Shown: positions 29,447 through 38,767, numbered from the stretch's first letter. The stretch is 64,000 nucleotides of DNA from Minisyncoccota bacterium (GCA_035541435.1 DATKNL010000012.1:6498-70497), one strand, 5' to 3'. Numbers and translations: made by a program. Notes: generated by a model not told the origin, from the sequence alone.

Positions 29447-30217
29447 TTAGTTATTCGATACTTTCTTCAGCATCTTCCTGAACTCTGCGGCCTTTAGACT
29501 CGCACCACCCACCAGAGCTCCGTCGATCTCCCTTAATTTTACATAATCGGCGATGTTTTTGCCGTTCACCGATCCCCCATAGAGCACGTTCGGCTTCGGA
29601 ACGCCATGAGCCTTTAACAATTTCTTAATCATGAGCGCCATCTCCGCGGCGTCGCTCGGCGTGTCGGAGCGTCCGGTCCCGATCGCCCAGATCGGCTCAT
29701 AGGCGACGATCACGGCATTGCCGCGCAGGAGGTCCTTCGGGACGTTTTGTAAATCTTTCTTTAACTGATTTTTAATATATCGCTCGGCGGCCATCGTCCC
29801 CTTGCGCCGCACGGCGAGCGGCTCGCCCACGCAGAGGATCACCTCGACGCCGTCCCGCAGCGCGAGCCTGATCTTCTTGTTGATCATCGCGTCGGTCTCG
29901 TGCATCCATCCGCGCCGTTCGGAATGGCCAACGATCACGTGATGCACGCCGAGGGATTCGAGCATGCGGGGCCCGATCTCGCTCGTATAGGGACCGCGTT
30001 CCTCCCAGAAGACATCCTGCGCGCCGACCGAAAGGCCACGTTTCGACTTGAGGCGCTTATAGATTTTCGCGATGCCCTCGAGATAGATGAACGGCGGGCA
30101 GATCTCGACCGCGACGCCGTTTTCGCGCCTCATCGAGGCGACTTCCTTGAAGAGCTTGAGGGCATGGGCTTCGGTCTTGGGGTTTTCCTTCCAGTTCGCC
30201 GCGAGGAATTTGCGCAT
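29447..30217 (-). CDS. tpiA: Triosephosphate isomerase
   Basis: ANWK, GHSERR, VAYEPIWAIGTG, LYGGSV and DGALVGGASL. Confidence 0.97.
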   Translation of the reverse strand: MRKFLAANWKENPKTEAHALKLFKEVASMRRENGVAVEICPPFIYLEGIAKIYKRLKSKRGLSVGAQDVFWEERGPYTSEIGPRMLESLGVHHVIVGHSERRGWMHETDAMINKKIRLALRDGVEVILCVGEPLAVRRKGTMAAERYIKNQLKKDLQNVPKDLLRGNAVIVAYEPIWAIGTGRSDTPSDAAEMALMIKKLLKAHGVPKPNVLYGGSVNGKNIADYVKLREIDGALVGGASLKAAEFRKMLKKVSNN

Positions 30218-30303
30218 ATGGGAATTCTACCATGGAGCTGCCGGGCAAAAGAAAAGCCGCTCATAGCGGGCTCGTCCGCTGCTCAGCCTCTTGGCTCACT
30301 CAA

Positions 30304-30777
30304 TCAACGCATCCACGTGCGCCAAATGGGAGCAACGATGGATCCCAAGGCGAAGAGCGAAACCCCGATGACGAGGAGCAGTAGCGCCGCATAAAGCGTC
30401 TTTTTATAATACTTAAAATTTCTTAACGCTTTTATAATTGATTTCACCAATAAAAACTTTGGCTTATCTGGCTGCGGAGGTATTTCCCGCTCCGATAATC
30501 CAATGCTCGAAACCACTGCGGGAGATATTGCGTCCTCTCCTTTTTCATTGCGTGTATTTGACTCGATCCGCGTTAGAAGTTTGGCTATTTGATCTAATCG
30601 TTCGTTGGTCACCTCAAGAGATTCGACAATTTCTGTTATCTTCCAATACCAGGTAATAAATTCCCTGCAAATGAGAAAAACGATTATTGCTATCACAATA
30701 AAAACAAGCAAGGAAGACAACCCGACAGAAGACAATCCCAATATGTTTATCACGGGGTCGGGAACCTGGGGATCCAT
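30304..30777 (-). CDS. Hypothetical membrane protein (distal gene of the cassette array), AT-rich
   Basis: 157 aa with N- and C-terminal TM segments; visibly lower GC than flanking genes. Confidence 0.7.
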   Translation of the reverse strand: MDPQVPDPVINILGLSSVGLSSLLVFIVIAIIVFLICREFITWYWKITEIVESLEVTNERLDQIAKLLTRIESNTRNEKGEDAISPAVVSSIGLSEREIPPQPDKPKFLLVKSIIKALRNFKYYKKTLYAALLLLVIGVSLFALGSIVAPIWRTWMR

Positions 30778-30980
30778 AAGATAACTATATCAAAGGCAGG
30801 GTCGGCTTCCTGATCAACCGTACTGCGCTGGACGAGCTCAGAGCTCCGTTAGCGCCAAAATAAAACATGGCTGCTCCTTTCGGAACAGCCATCGATCTGA
30901 AAACTATCTCGGGATCCCGTAGCCCACAAAAGGCAGCGGCCACGAACGGCCTCTTCGCGTCCTCTCCTCCCGTTGATCGG

Positions 30981-31211
30981 TTAGCTTATGACGACGAACT
31001 CGGATGGGTCATAGGAACCTTCCGTGCCATCGTCATGCAGGATGTCATAGCAAAGTCCGTGACAATCATGATGTCTCAGCACCTTCCCGGACATATCCGG
31101 CTTCTTGCTCGCCCATCCTTTCTCGGTCCATTCGTCTCGCATTGCGAGGTTCGGTTGGGTGGTTCTCACTCGCGTGCCCGGATCGATCGGCGGCCATTTT
31201 TCCCGAGTCAT
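30981..31211 (-). CDS. Small hypothetical protein, SH3/KOW-like pattern (cassette gene)
   Basis: GAGGAGGAG SD before ATG 31211; TTGACA-N17-TATAAC promoter; PGTRVR..GKV..YDI..DDG pattern. Confidence 0.7.
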   Translation of the reverse strand: MTREKWPPIDPGTRVRTTQPNLAMRDEWTEKGWASKKPDMSGKVLRHHDCHGLCYDILHDDGTEGSYDPSEFVVIS

Positions 31212-31377
31212 ATTCAACTCCTCCTCTCGTTTCATTGACAACTGACTATGTTATAAATTAATGCATAATTTCTGTCAATTCACGCGGCGCTGGACGAGTT
31301 TAGAACCGATATATTGGCGATGGACGGCGGAACAAGAAAGCCGCTCTCGCTGAGAGCGGCTTGGTCCTGACTGATGG

Positions 31378-31893
31378 CTATCGGCTGAGGCCGGCCTGCT
31401 GAGTGACTTCGACGATGGCACCCCTGCCCGATTTTACGAAACGCACATCGCCAGGATCGTCATCGAAAAGGTTCCCGCACGACGCACACCCGGTTCCGAC
31501 GGCCCTCGATGGCATTCTGAGGAACTCCTCCGAAACCGGAACCAGGATGCATCGGGCAAACCCATTCCCGGTCTCTTCGCCATCATACGTGCCAACCCAC
31601 GTCCCATCCGCCTGCTTCGTGAACGCATAGCGAACAACGTCGGGTCGACCATCGTACTTCTTGTTGAATGTCAAAGCGGTTTCGGTCAGGTGGACATCAT
31701 CGACGATCGATTCGCCTAAAGGATCAACGAGCCGCCCGACGAGGATGCCTTCCCCGCAATTGTCGGGGCCTATGACGCCCGAGAACAAGGACCGCACCAA
31801 ACCGTGCAAAAACACTGCGTGAAGGTCCCCGCCGAGAGCGCTGAGACCAAGACTCGGCCGTTCCTGAAAGAAGAATCCCTGGATCAGATACAT
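31378..31893 (-). CDS. Hypothetical protein (cassette gene)
   Basis: AGGAGG SD before ATG 31893; TTGACA-N17-TATGAT promoter; terminator 31338-31362. Confidence 0.7.
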   Translation of the reverse strand: MYLIQGFFFQERPSLGLSALGGDLHAVFLHGLVRSLFSGVIGPDNCGEGILVGRLVDPLGESIVDDVHLTETALTFNKKYDGRPDVVRYAFTKQADGTWVGTYDGEETGNGFARCILVPVSEEFLRMPSRAVGTGCASCGNLFDDDPGDVRFVKSGRGAIVEVTQQAGLSR

Positions 31894-32083
31894 CTGTCGC
31901 CTCCTACGGTACGCTGCCTGGATCATAGCTGCCGAGCGATTGTCTGTCAAAGCTGCTCGAGCTCGACGAGATGCGATCAGCGAAATAGCGCGCGGCGCTG
32001 GACGAGCTTGGAACTTTGGGAGCGGTGGAAAAATGGAGAAGGCGACCATTTCTGATCGCCTTACATGTTGCGCTCACCGGTCG

Positions 32084-32779
32084 TCAGAATCCCGCGGGGT
32101 TCTTTACGAGCGCGATGATGTCTTTCAGCGCGTAGTAGTTGGGATTGATGAAATAGCCAGCCGCATCGGTAAGCCCGCGATAAAGATTCATCATTCCGAA
32201 CACGACTGCGACCAGGGGGACGACGACAGTGAAGAATCCTCGCCATCCCTTGTGGGTAGGCAATGGGGGCAAATCAGGGTCAATACTTTTGAAGTTCGGC
32301 TTCTTGGGATCGTTGTCGTCGGGCGACGGCTGCCACCATTTGAGCAACAAGCGACGATAGAGCCATACAAGGAATAGGAACCCGATCGGATTGATGAGTC
32401 CTGTCACGCCTTTCACATATTGCTGCATGACGAGGACTCGCCAAAGCTGAGGAGCTACCTGTTCGATTTTCCCGGCCAAGTAGATCACGGTTTCTTTCGC
32501 CATGTCGAGGCCTTTGTCGAGGGCGTCACCGACCGTCTTGTGTTCGCCGGGTTTCGTGTCTTGAGCCTGGTCGTTTGCGGCTTTCTGAAGAACCTCGAGC
32601 GCTTGTTGGAGCTCTTTCCTTTGCTGTGGATCCTTCAGCCGATCCATGATGCTCGGTCCAGAAGCTTGTTGGGCAGGCGGTGCTGGTGCCTGCGAAGAGT
32701 TCTGCGCAAACGCAGAAACAAAAAGCGTCATCAGCGCCACCAATACCAAAACCTGCGTCGGCTTGCGTGTCATAACCAC
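32084..32779 (-). CDS. Hypothetical signal-peptide/membrane protein (cassette gene)
   Basis: Signal peptide ending AFA, Gln/Pro linker, two TM helices; TAGACA-N17-TATAAC promoter. Confidence 0.75.
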   Translation of the reverse strand: MVMTRKPTQVLVLVALMTLFVSAFAQNSSQAPAPPAQQASGPSIMDRLKDPQQRKELQQALEVLQKAANDQAQDTKPGEHKTVGDALDKGLDMAKETVIYLAGKIEQVAPQLWRVLVMQQYVKGVTGLINPIGFLFLVWLYRRLLLKWWQPSPDDNDPKKPNFKSIDPDLPPLPTHKGWRGFFTVVVPLVAVVFGMMNLYRGLTDAAGYFINPNYYALKDIIALVKNPAGF

Positions 32780-32926
32780 CTCGTCTTTCGATTTCGAACA
32801 ACTGGCAATGTTATAACATTGCCATTGTAAAATGTCTAGTACGCGGCGTTGGACGAGTTTAGAACATTATTAGCGAAAAAAAGTGACCCTTTTGGGATCA
32901 CGTTATAGGCACCGACTAAGTTTTTA

Positions 32927-33190
32927 CTAAAGCTCTAAAGAATCGGGAATGTCCTTAAGTATCTCATTGAGAGCTTCGATTTTTTTACGCAACATTGGCT
33001 CAACTTTTTCAATTGTTCTTGGATTTGCATCCGGCCCAAAATTGGTTTCGAGAGCTAGAACAAGAGATTGAGCTTCCCCGACGTCTGCTCCTAATCGAGC
33101 GATAAGCCTGAGATTGTCACGCAATGCGTACAACTTCTCGGGGGTTATTTCTGATTCAACCTGCGGAGATTTGTTTTCGATGCTTTCCAT
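32927..33190 (-). CDS. Hypothetical protein (cassette gene)
   Basis: 87-aa ORF, AAAAGGA SD, terminator 32883-32901. Confidence 0.65.
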   Translation of the reverse strand: MESIENKSPQVESEITPEKLYALRDNLRLIARLGADVGEAQSLVLALETNFGPDANPRTIEKVEPMLRKKIEALNEILKDIPDSLEL

Positions 33191-33409
33191 GCAAGTCCTT
33201 TTTGTTATGCTCTAAGTGAATCATGCGACCAGACACAATGTCAATCGGCTTTCGATCGGCTGAATATGTTATTACATAATATATTATGTATGTCAACTTT
33301 CAGTACGCGGCGTTGGACGAATTTAGAACTGCATTGTCGTTAGAAAAATAGAAGAGGCGAATCCTCGTGAGAGAATCCGCCTCTTGTTGGCTAGTGGGCC
33401 CGGATGAAC

Positions 33410-33730
33410 TTAGGCGTCTGAGGTCGCCTTGCCAGACCTTATGGTTCTCGCCTGTTGAAGGAGAATGAGATGATCTTCGTTCACCTGACCGAGATGGTTG
33501 GCGAGAGCCACGATACCGTTTTCGGCATGTTCTCCCGACAAAGCGATGCCGCCCAGAGTCAGGATTATTAGTTCCAGGACGGGTTCGAACTTGGCCCGAA
33601 AACCCATCTGGACCAAGGGATCCATGGTGGCGATCGCCGTTCTGATTCTCGCGGGAGGCTCCCAAGATATTTTCCCCGCCGATCCCGCGTCAACGATTAT
33701 CGCTCGAGCAGAAGTTGCGTCTTTTTTCAT
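33410..33730 (-). CDS. Hypothetical protein (tRNA-proximal cassette gene)
   Basis: 106-aa ORF, GGAGGAAGG SD, terminator 33352-33385. Confidence 0.65.
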   Translation of the reverse strand: MKKDATSARAIIVDAGSAGKISWEPPARIRTAIATMDPLVQMGFRAKFEPVLELIILTLGGIALSGEHAENGIVALANHLGQVNEDHLILLQQARTIRSGKATSDA

Positions 33731-33806
33731 TTACCTTCCTCCGGGCTGAAATCTATTAGTCAAAAACGATCTGAAAGGATATTGTCATATCTATTTATGT
33801 ATGTCA

Positions 33807-34011
33807 AGTACCGCTAACCGGATTTTCACTGCTCGGCAGCTTCGCTGCCTGCGCTTTGAGAACCCTCGGTTCTCAAGACTCTCCGACACGGGAGGGGCAG
33901 ACTGCCCCTCCCGACCCCTCCCCTCGTTCAAATCCGGGTCGGTGATAGCGGTTGCAAAAGGGATCCATCACAAGATGGATCCCTTTTGCAATAGTACCGC
34001 TAACCGGATTT
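33807..34011. mobile_element. 186-bp multi-hairpin element bounded by a 19-bp duplication of the tRNA-Glu 3' end
   Basis: AGTACCGCTAACCGGATTT at 33807-33825 and 33993-34011; several internal palindromes. Confidence 0.6.
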
Positions 34012-34069
34012 GAACCGGTGTTTTCGCCGTGAGAGGGCGACGTCCTAGACCGGGCTAGACGATAGCGGC
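33995..34069 (-). tRNA. tRNA-Glu (CTC)
   Basis: Acceptor GCCGCTA/TAGCGGT, anticodon arm TCGCC-CTCTCAC-GGCGA, T-loop TTCAAAT; no encoded CCA. Confidence 0.95.
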
Positions 34070-34087
34070 TCCGATCGCACCCGAAGA

Positions 34088-35437
34088 TTATAAGCCGATG
34101 TTTCGGTTCGGCGCAACCGACGAAGACGGCGGCCGGCTCGCGACGGCCGGGCCGTGCGCGCGGATCTCGCGGACCACGTCGTGAAGCCCGATCGCGTGCG
34201 ATCCTTTAACGAGCACGACGTCCCCTTTCTTCAGCAGGTCGCGCACGGGCTTCGCCGCCTGCTCGGCGGTGTCGAAGCTCATCACGCGCTCGCGGCGCAT
34301 GCGCGCGGCGACGGCGGCCTCGGCGAGAAACTTCGCGCGCGTGCCGACGGTCACGAGGATGTCGGCCTTCTCGGCGGCGAGGCGTCCCATGCGCTCGTGG
34401 GTCTCCATCGTGTACTTGCCGATCTCGAGCATGTCGCCGAGGACCGCGACGCGGCGCTTCGCCGGCAGGTCGCCCAGCGCCTCGAGCGCCGACTGCATCG
34501 CGATCGGGCTCGCGTTATAGGAATCGTCGATGATCCACGACTGCTTGTCGCCCGCGAGGACCTGCATGCGGGACGCGGGCGGGCGGTATCGCGTGAGCGC
34601 CTCGGAGATCGCGACGAGGTTCATGCCGAACACCACGCCGACCGCCGCGGCCGCCGCCGCGGAATAGGCGTGCGCGCGTCCGAAGACGCCCGGGATGCGC
34701 ACCGGCACGACGCCGCCCCCATATTCGAGCTTGAACGAGATGCCGACCGGCTGGCCTTCGGCGTCGATCTTGTTCTCGAAGCGCGACGCGCGCATCTCGG
34801 TACCCCGCGAGAATCCGAAGGTCATGACGTGCGCCCGCGTGCGGGACTGCAGCGCGCGCACGAGCTCGTCATCGCCGTTCAGGACCGCGTAGCCTTCGGA
34901 CGTAAGGTATTCGATGAGCCGCCCCTTCTCGCGCGCGACCTCGGGCGGGCCCGGATAGAACTCGACGTGTACGGGCACGTCGCCCACCGCCGTGATCACG
35001 CTCACGTTCGGGCGCGCGATCTGCAGCAGGTACTTGATGTCGCCGGGGCGGTCCGCGCCGTATTCGAGCACGAGGATCTCGGGATAGCCGCCGGACTTCA
35101 CGAGGATGCGCCACGCGGAACCGACGATGACCCTGATCCAGAACGCCGCCTTCGCGAGGCGCGCGGTGCCGGGCGGCTGCGCGCGGCTGATCAGCCTGAG
35201 CTGCTTCGGGCTCCAGTCGCCGAGGATCGCGAGCGGCAGGCCGAGGTCATTGTTGAGGTTGCCCTCCGAAACGCGCACGCGCCGTCCACCTTCGAGGACG
35301 GCCTTGATCGCGTATTTCGTCGAGGTCTTGCCGGCGCTCCCGGTCACGCCGACGATCCCCGGACGGTAACGCCACAGGGTGAGGCGCGCGAGCCGCCGCA
35401 GCACGAACCGCAGGGACCGGATGAGGGCGCGCTTCAT
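34088..35437 (-). CDS. murF: UDP-MurNAc-tripeptide--D-Ala-D-Ala ligase
   Basis: VTGSAGKTSTK, NLNNDLGLP, IDDSYNASP, VLGDMLEIG and VLVKGS. Confidence 0.93.
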   Translation of the reverse strand: MKRALIRSLRFVLRRLARLTLWRYRPGIVGVTGSAGKTSTKYAIKAVLEGGRRVRVSEGNLNNDLGLPLAILGDWSPKQLRLISRAQPPGTARLAKAAFWIRVIVGSAWRILVKSGGYPEILVLEYGADRPGDIKYLLQIARPNVSVITAVGDVPVHVEFYPGPPEVAREKGRLIEYLTSEGYAVLNGDDELVRALQSRTRAHVMTFGFSRGTEMRASRFENKIDAEGQPVGISFKLEYGGGVVPVRIPGVFGRAHAYSAAAAAAVGVVFGMNLVAISEALTRYRPPASRMQVLAGDKQSWIIDDSYNASPIAMQSALEALGDLPAKRRVAVLGDMLEIGKYTMETHERMGRLAAEKADILVTVGTRAKFLAEAAVAARMRRERVMSFDTAEQAAKPVRDLLKKGDVVLVKGSHAIGLHDVVREIRAHGPAVASRPPSSSVAPNRNIGL

Positions 35438-37080
35438 GGCTGGGCGTCGGTCCCGATGCGGTCGGGCGGGATGCTGTAATAGTTGATGATGTACTGCGAG
35501 AGTTCCTTGAAGGCCGGGACGACGCTCTGCGCCGCGAGCGCGGTCGCGGGCAGCGTGTTCAGGCGGATGAACGCGATGAAGCGCGGGTGCGACGCCGGGC
35601 CGAAGCCGATATAGGAGTCGATGAGGTTATTCGTATAGCCGCCGTGCACGAGGTCGGGAATGAACGCGCTCCCCGTCTTCCCGGCGAGCGCGTAGCCCGC
35701 GATGTTCGCGATCTGCGCCTTGTCGACGGCCGAGACCATCATCTGCGTCACGAGCGCGGCGGTCGAGGTCGCGATGACGCGGCGGATCGGCTGCGGCGCG
35801 AGCGCGGCGTTCACATAGGGACGCATGAGCGTGCCGCCGTTCGCGATCGCCCCGATGGCGCTCACGAGCTCGATCGGCGTCACGGCGATGCCCTGCCCGT
35901 AGGCCGCGGTGTCGAACGCGATCTGCGGCGCCTTCGGCGAGAGCTCGCTCAGGTTGCCGGCGACCTCGCCCGGCATGTCGATGCCCGTCTTCCCGTCGAG
36001 GCCGAACTTCTTGAGGTACGCCTCGAACGTCGAATTGCCCGTCTGGTTCTCGGCGAAGATCGCGCCCGTGTTGATCGAGTGCTCGATCACGTTCGTCATC
36101 GTCGTGCCGGCGCCGTACGGACCGTGCGTCGTGTAGTCATAGTTCGTGATCGTGGCGGGTCCGATCTTCAGGAACCCCTTGTCGGTATAGGTCGTGTTCG
36201 GCGTGATCTTCCCGGCGTCGATGCCGGCCGCCATCGTGATCACCTTGAGGATCGATCCCGGTTCGTAGACCGCCTGCACGTTCGTGTTCAGAAAGTTCGC
36301 GATCGGCGAGTCGCCGTAGCTGTTCGGATCGAAGCCCGGGTCGCCGCCCATCGCGAGGATCCTTCCCGTCTGCGGATCGGCGACAATCACGCTGCCGCCC
36401 GTCGCATGGTTCTGCTCGACGAGGTCGCCGAGCACCTTCTCGGCCTCGATCTGGATGTTCGGGTCGATCGTGAGCTGCAGGTCGGCGCCGACGGCCTGCG
36501 CGGACGGCCCGCTCGTCGACACTCCTTCGAGCATCCCGTTATAGAAGCTCTCAAGGCCGTAGTGCCCGCTCTCGCCGGTGTTCGACGCGTTCGGGCCGAC
36601 ATAGCCGAGGACCTGCGATGCCACGGTACCGAGCGGATAATAGCGGTCGTTCTCGACGTCGGCATAGACGCCCTTCACGTCGGCATCCTCGATGCCGTTC
36701 GCGACCGACGGGTCGGCCTTGCGCACCAGAAGCTCATAATCGTCATGCGGTTTCGAGAACAGCTTCTGCAGGGTCGAGGCCGGCATGTCGAGGATCGGTG
36801 CGACCGTGTGCGCCGCCTCGGCCGGATCGTCGATGGCGGACGGGACCGCATAGACGATCGGGAACTGCTTCTCGATCGCGGCCGGCAGCTCGTTGCCGTT
36901 CAGGTCCGTGAAATAGATCGCGCCGCGGGTGCCGTTCGTGCCGACGGCCGCGGCGACCTCGGACGCGGCCTTCGCGTAGTAATAGTTCCCTTTTACGAGC
37001 TGGATCTCATAAAGATGGAAGAGGAGCGCGCCATAGGCGACGGCGATCAGGGCGATGATTAGCGAGAAACGATAGGCCAT
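35434..37080 (-). CDS. ftsI: Class B penicillin-binding protein (FtsI/PBP3-like)
   Basis: EPGSILK (SxxK), HSIN (SxN) and GKTG; dcw position after ftsL. Confidence 0.9.
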   Translation of the reverse strand: MAYRFSLIIALIAVAYGALLFHLYEIQLVKGNYYYAKAASEVAAAVGTNGTRGAIYFTDLNGNELPAAIEKQFPIVYAVPSAIDDPAEAAHTVAPILDMPASTLQKLFSKPHDDYELLVRKADPSVANGIEDADVKGVYADVENDRYYPLGTVASQVLGYVGPNASNTGESGHYGLESFYNGMLEGVSTSGPSAQAVGADLQLTIDPNIQIEAEKVLGDLVEQNHATGGSVIVADPQTGRILAMGGDPGFDPNSYGDSPIANFLNTNVQAVYEPGSILKVITMAAGIDAGKITPNTTYTDKGFLKIGPATITNYDYTTHGPYGAGTTMTNVIEHSINTGAIFAENQTGNSTFEAYLKKFGLDGKTGIDMPGEVAGNLSELSPKAPQIAFDTAAYGQGIAVTPIELVSAIGAIANGGTLMRPYVNAALAPQPIRRVIATSTAALVTQMMVSAVDKAQIANIAGYALAGKTGSAFIPDLVHGGYTNNLIDSYIGFGPASHPRFIAFIRLNTLPATALAAQSVVPAFKELSQYIINYYSIPPDRIGTDAQP

Positions 37081-37373
37081 TGGGTGGTGACCGTCCGGTA
37101 CTGGGGGTTGTTTTCCTGAACAAGGCCGTCCTGCGACGCGATCGCGGCCGCCTGGCTCGCGCTCAGCGTGGCGATGAGGGCGTTGCTCGACGCGGTGTTC
37201 TCGGCGCCGATGTCGTCGAGCTTCGCCTTCATGGCCGCGATGTTGTGCGTCATGTTCACCGTCTGATTATAAGCCACGACAAGCCAAAAGGTTCCCACAA
37301 GGACGGCAACCGTGAGCAGCACGAGGATGCCGTTGATCAAACTCTTTGGCTTGTTGGGTTGAATGAAGGTCAT
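37059..37373 (-). CDS. FtsL-like cell division protein
   Basis: Single TM plus coiled coil, between rsmH and ftsI. Confidence 0.7.
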   Translation of the reverse strand: MTFIQPNKPKSLINGILVLLTVAVLVGTFWLVVAYNQTVNMTHNIAAMKAKLDDIGAENTASSNALIATLSASQAAAIASQDGLVQENNPQYRTVTTQWPIVSR

Positions 37374-38257
37374 GGGTTCATGCGCAGCGCCCGGAGCTTG
37401 GCCGACCGGCTGCGCGGATTGCGGACGACTTCCTCGCGCGATGCCGCAACGGGCTTCTTCGCGAGCAGGCTCGCCTCGCCTGCCGTCGCCATCCTCTGAA
37501 ACGCCCGCTTCACGATGCGGTCCTCGAGCGAATGGAACGTGATGATCGCGATCCGTCCGCCCGCCGCCATGATGTCGCGCGCCACGGCGAGGATCCGTTC
37601 GAGGTTGGCCAGTTCGCCGTTCGCATAGATGCGCAATGCCTGGAAGGTGCGGGTTGCCGGATCAATCCTGCCCCGCTCGTAGTTTCTCGGCAGGGCGTTC
37701 CGCACGACGTCGGCCAGCTGCCCGCTCGTCGTGATCGGCGTCTGCCGGCCCGCGAGCTTGATCGCCTTCGCGATCGCGCGCGAGCGGCGTTCGCCGCCGT
37801 ACTGATAGATGATATCGGCAAGCGACGACTCGCTCTCCTCGCGGATCACGTGCGCGACCGGCTTCGCGGCCGGATCGTACGTCATGATGAGCGGCTCGTC
37901 GCGCGACGATTCCGAAAAGCTGAAGCCGCGGCCCGAGGCCTCGAGCTGGTCCGACGAGAATCCGAGGTCGAGGAGCAGCCCGTCGGCTTTCGGACATTCC
38001 TCCTGCGCGAGGATCGCGGGCAGGTCGGCGTAGTTGCCGCAGACATACCGCTCGCGGTCGCCGTACTGTTTGTTGTCGATCCTCTTCCGGATCATCGTCT
38101 CGTCCCAGTCGACGCCGAGGAACATCCCCTGCGGCATGATCCGTTCAAGGACCGCCGCCGCATGCCCTCCGCCGTCCACCGTGCCGTCGATGACGAACTC
38201 CCCCGGATGCGGGTCGAGCGCCTCGATGACTTCCTCTAAAAGAACTGCTTCGTGCAT
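37370..38257 (-). CDS. rsmH: 16S rRNA (cytosine1402-N4)-methyltransferase
   Basis: H.AVLL.E, DGT..GGGH, DLGFSS, ATRTFQALRI, FHSLEDRIVK and NPRSRSAKLR. Confidence 0.97.
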   Translation of the reverse strand: MHEAVLLEEVIEALDPHPGEFVIDGTVDGGGHAAAVLERIMPQGMFLGVDWDETMIRKRIDNKQYGDRERYVCGNYADLPAILAQEECPKADGLLLDLGFSSDQLEASGRGFSFSESSRDEPLIMTYDPAAKPVAHVIREESESSLADIIYQYGGERRSRAIAKAIKLAGRQTPITTSGQLADVVRNALPRNYERGRIDPATRTFQALRIYANGELANLERILAVARDIMAAGGRIAIITFHSLEDRIVKRAFQRMATAGEASLLAKKPVAASREEVVRNPRSRSAKLRALRMNP

Positions 38258-38688
38258 CAGATCCCAAGTTCACCCAGCTGTTCCGCGATCGCTTCGGAGG
38301 AGCTTTCGGTCTTCGCCTTGTAGCTCTTCCACGCGGCCTCGTCCCAGATCTCGATGCGGTTGAAGAGTCCCGCGACGGTCACCTGCTTCTTGAGGCCGGC
38401 ATATTTGCGCAGATAGTCGGGAATTAGGATCCTTCCCTGGCTGTCGAGGGCGACGTCGGTCGCGCCCGCGAGCATCAGCCGCACGAATGCCCGTGAATTC
38501 GCCTGGGCGAGCGGAAGGGCGATAAGCTTCTTGGCAAGCTCCTCCCACTCGGCGTTCGCGAACATGAACAGGCAGTTGTCGATTCCGCGCGTGATGATGG
38601 CGCCGGCCGCAACTTTTTCGCGGAATTTTGCCGGAACCGCCATCCGACCTTTGGTGTCCAGATTGTGTTGGTATTCGCCGAGTAGCAT
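38257..38688 (-). CDS. mraZ: Transcriptional regulator MraZ
   Basis: Two DxxGR motifs (DTKGR, DSQGR) and RIEIWD; 143 aa from MLLGEY. Confidence 0.97.
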   Translation of the reverse strand: MLLGEYQHNLDTKGRMAVPAKFREKVAAGAIITRGIDNCLFMFANAEWEELAKKLIALPLAQANSRAFVRLMLAGATDVALDSQGRILIPDYLRKYAGLKKQVTVAGLFNRIEIWDEAAWKSYKAKTESSSEAIAEQLGELGI

Positions 38689-38713
38689 GTTAGTTCTGCA
38701 CAGAAAGGGGCCT

Positions 38714-38767
38714 TTATCCCCAGAATTATCCACAACTCCCCACTTCTCTACTACTATATACCACTAC
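38714..38767 (-). promoter_or_regulatory. MraZ-binding repeats / dcw promoter
   Basis: GTGG/TGGG-type boxes at about 10-nt spacing (GTGGTA, GTAGAG, GTGGGG, GTGGAT, CTGGGG) upstream of mraZ. Confidence 0.7.

Larger units (their letters stand above)
30821..33329. repeat. Five dispersed 24-bp direct repeats (consensus CGCGGCGYTGGACGAGYTTAGAAC)
   Basis: Copies at 30821-30844 (degenerate), 31283-31306, 31991-32014, 32842-32865 and 33306-33329, one per intergenic gap. Confidence 0.92.

Noticed and set aside
30981-31211. DfrB (R67) dihydrofolate reductase in a cassette
   Set aside because: Similar size and SH3-like pattern, but the VQIY active-site motif is absent.
30821-33329. 24-bp repeats as a CRISPR array or integron attC sites
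   Set aside because: Spacing is about 460-850 bp with whole genes between copies; no cas genes; the repeats lack the RYYYAAC...GTTRRRY palindromic attC structure and no intI is present.
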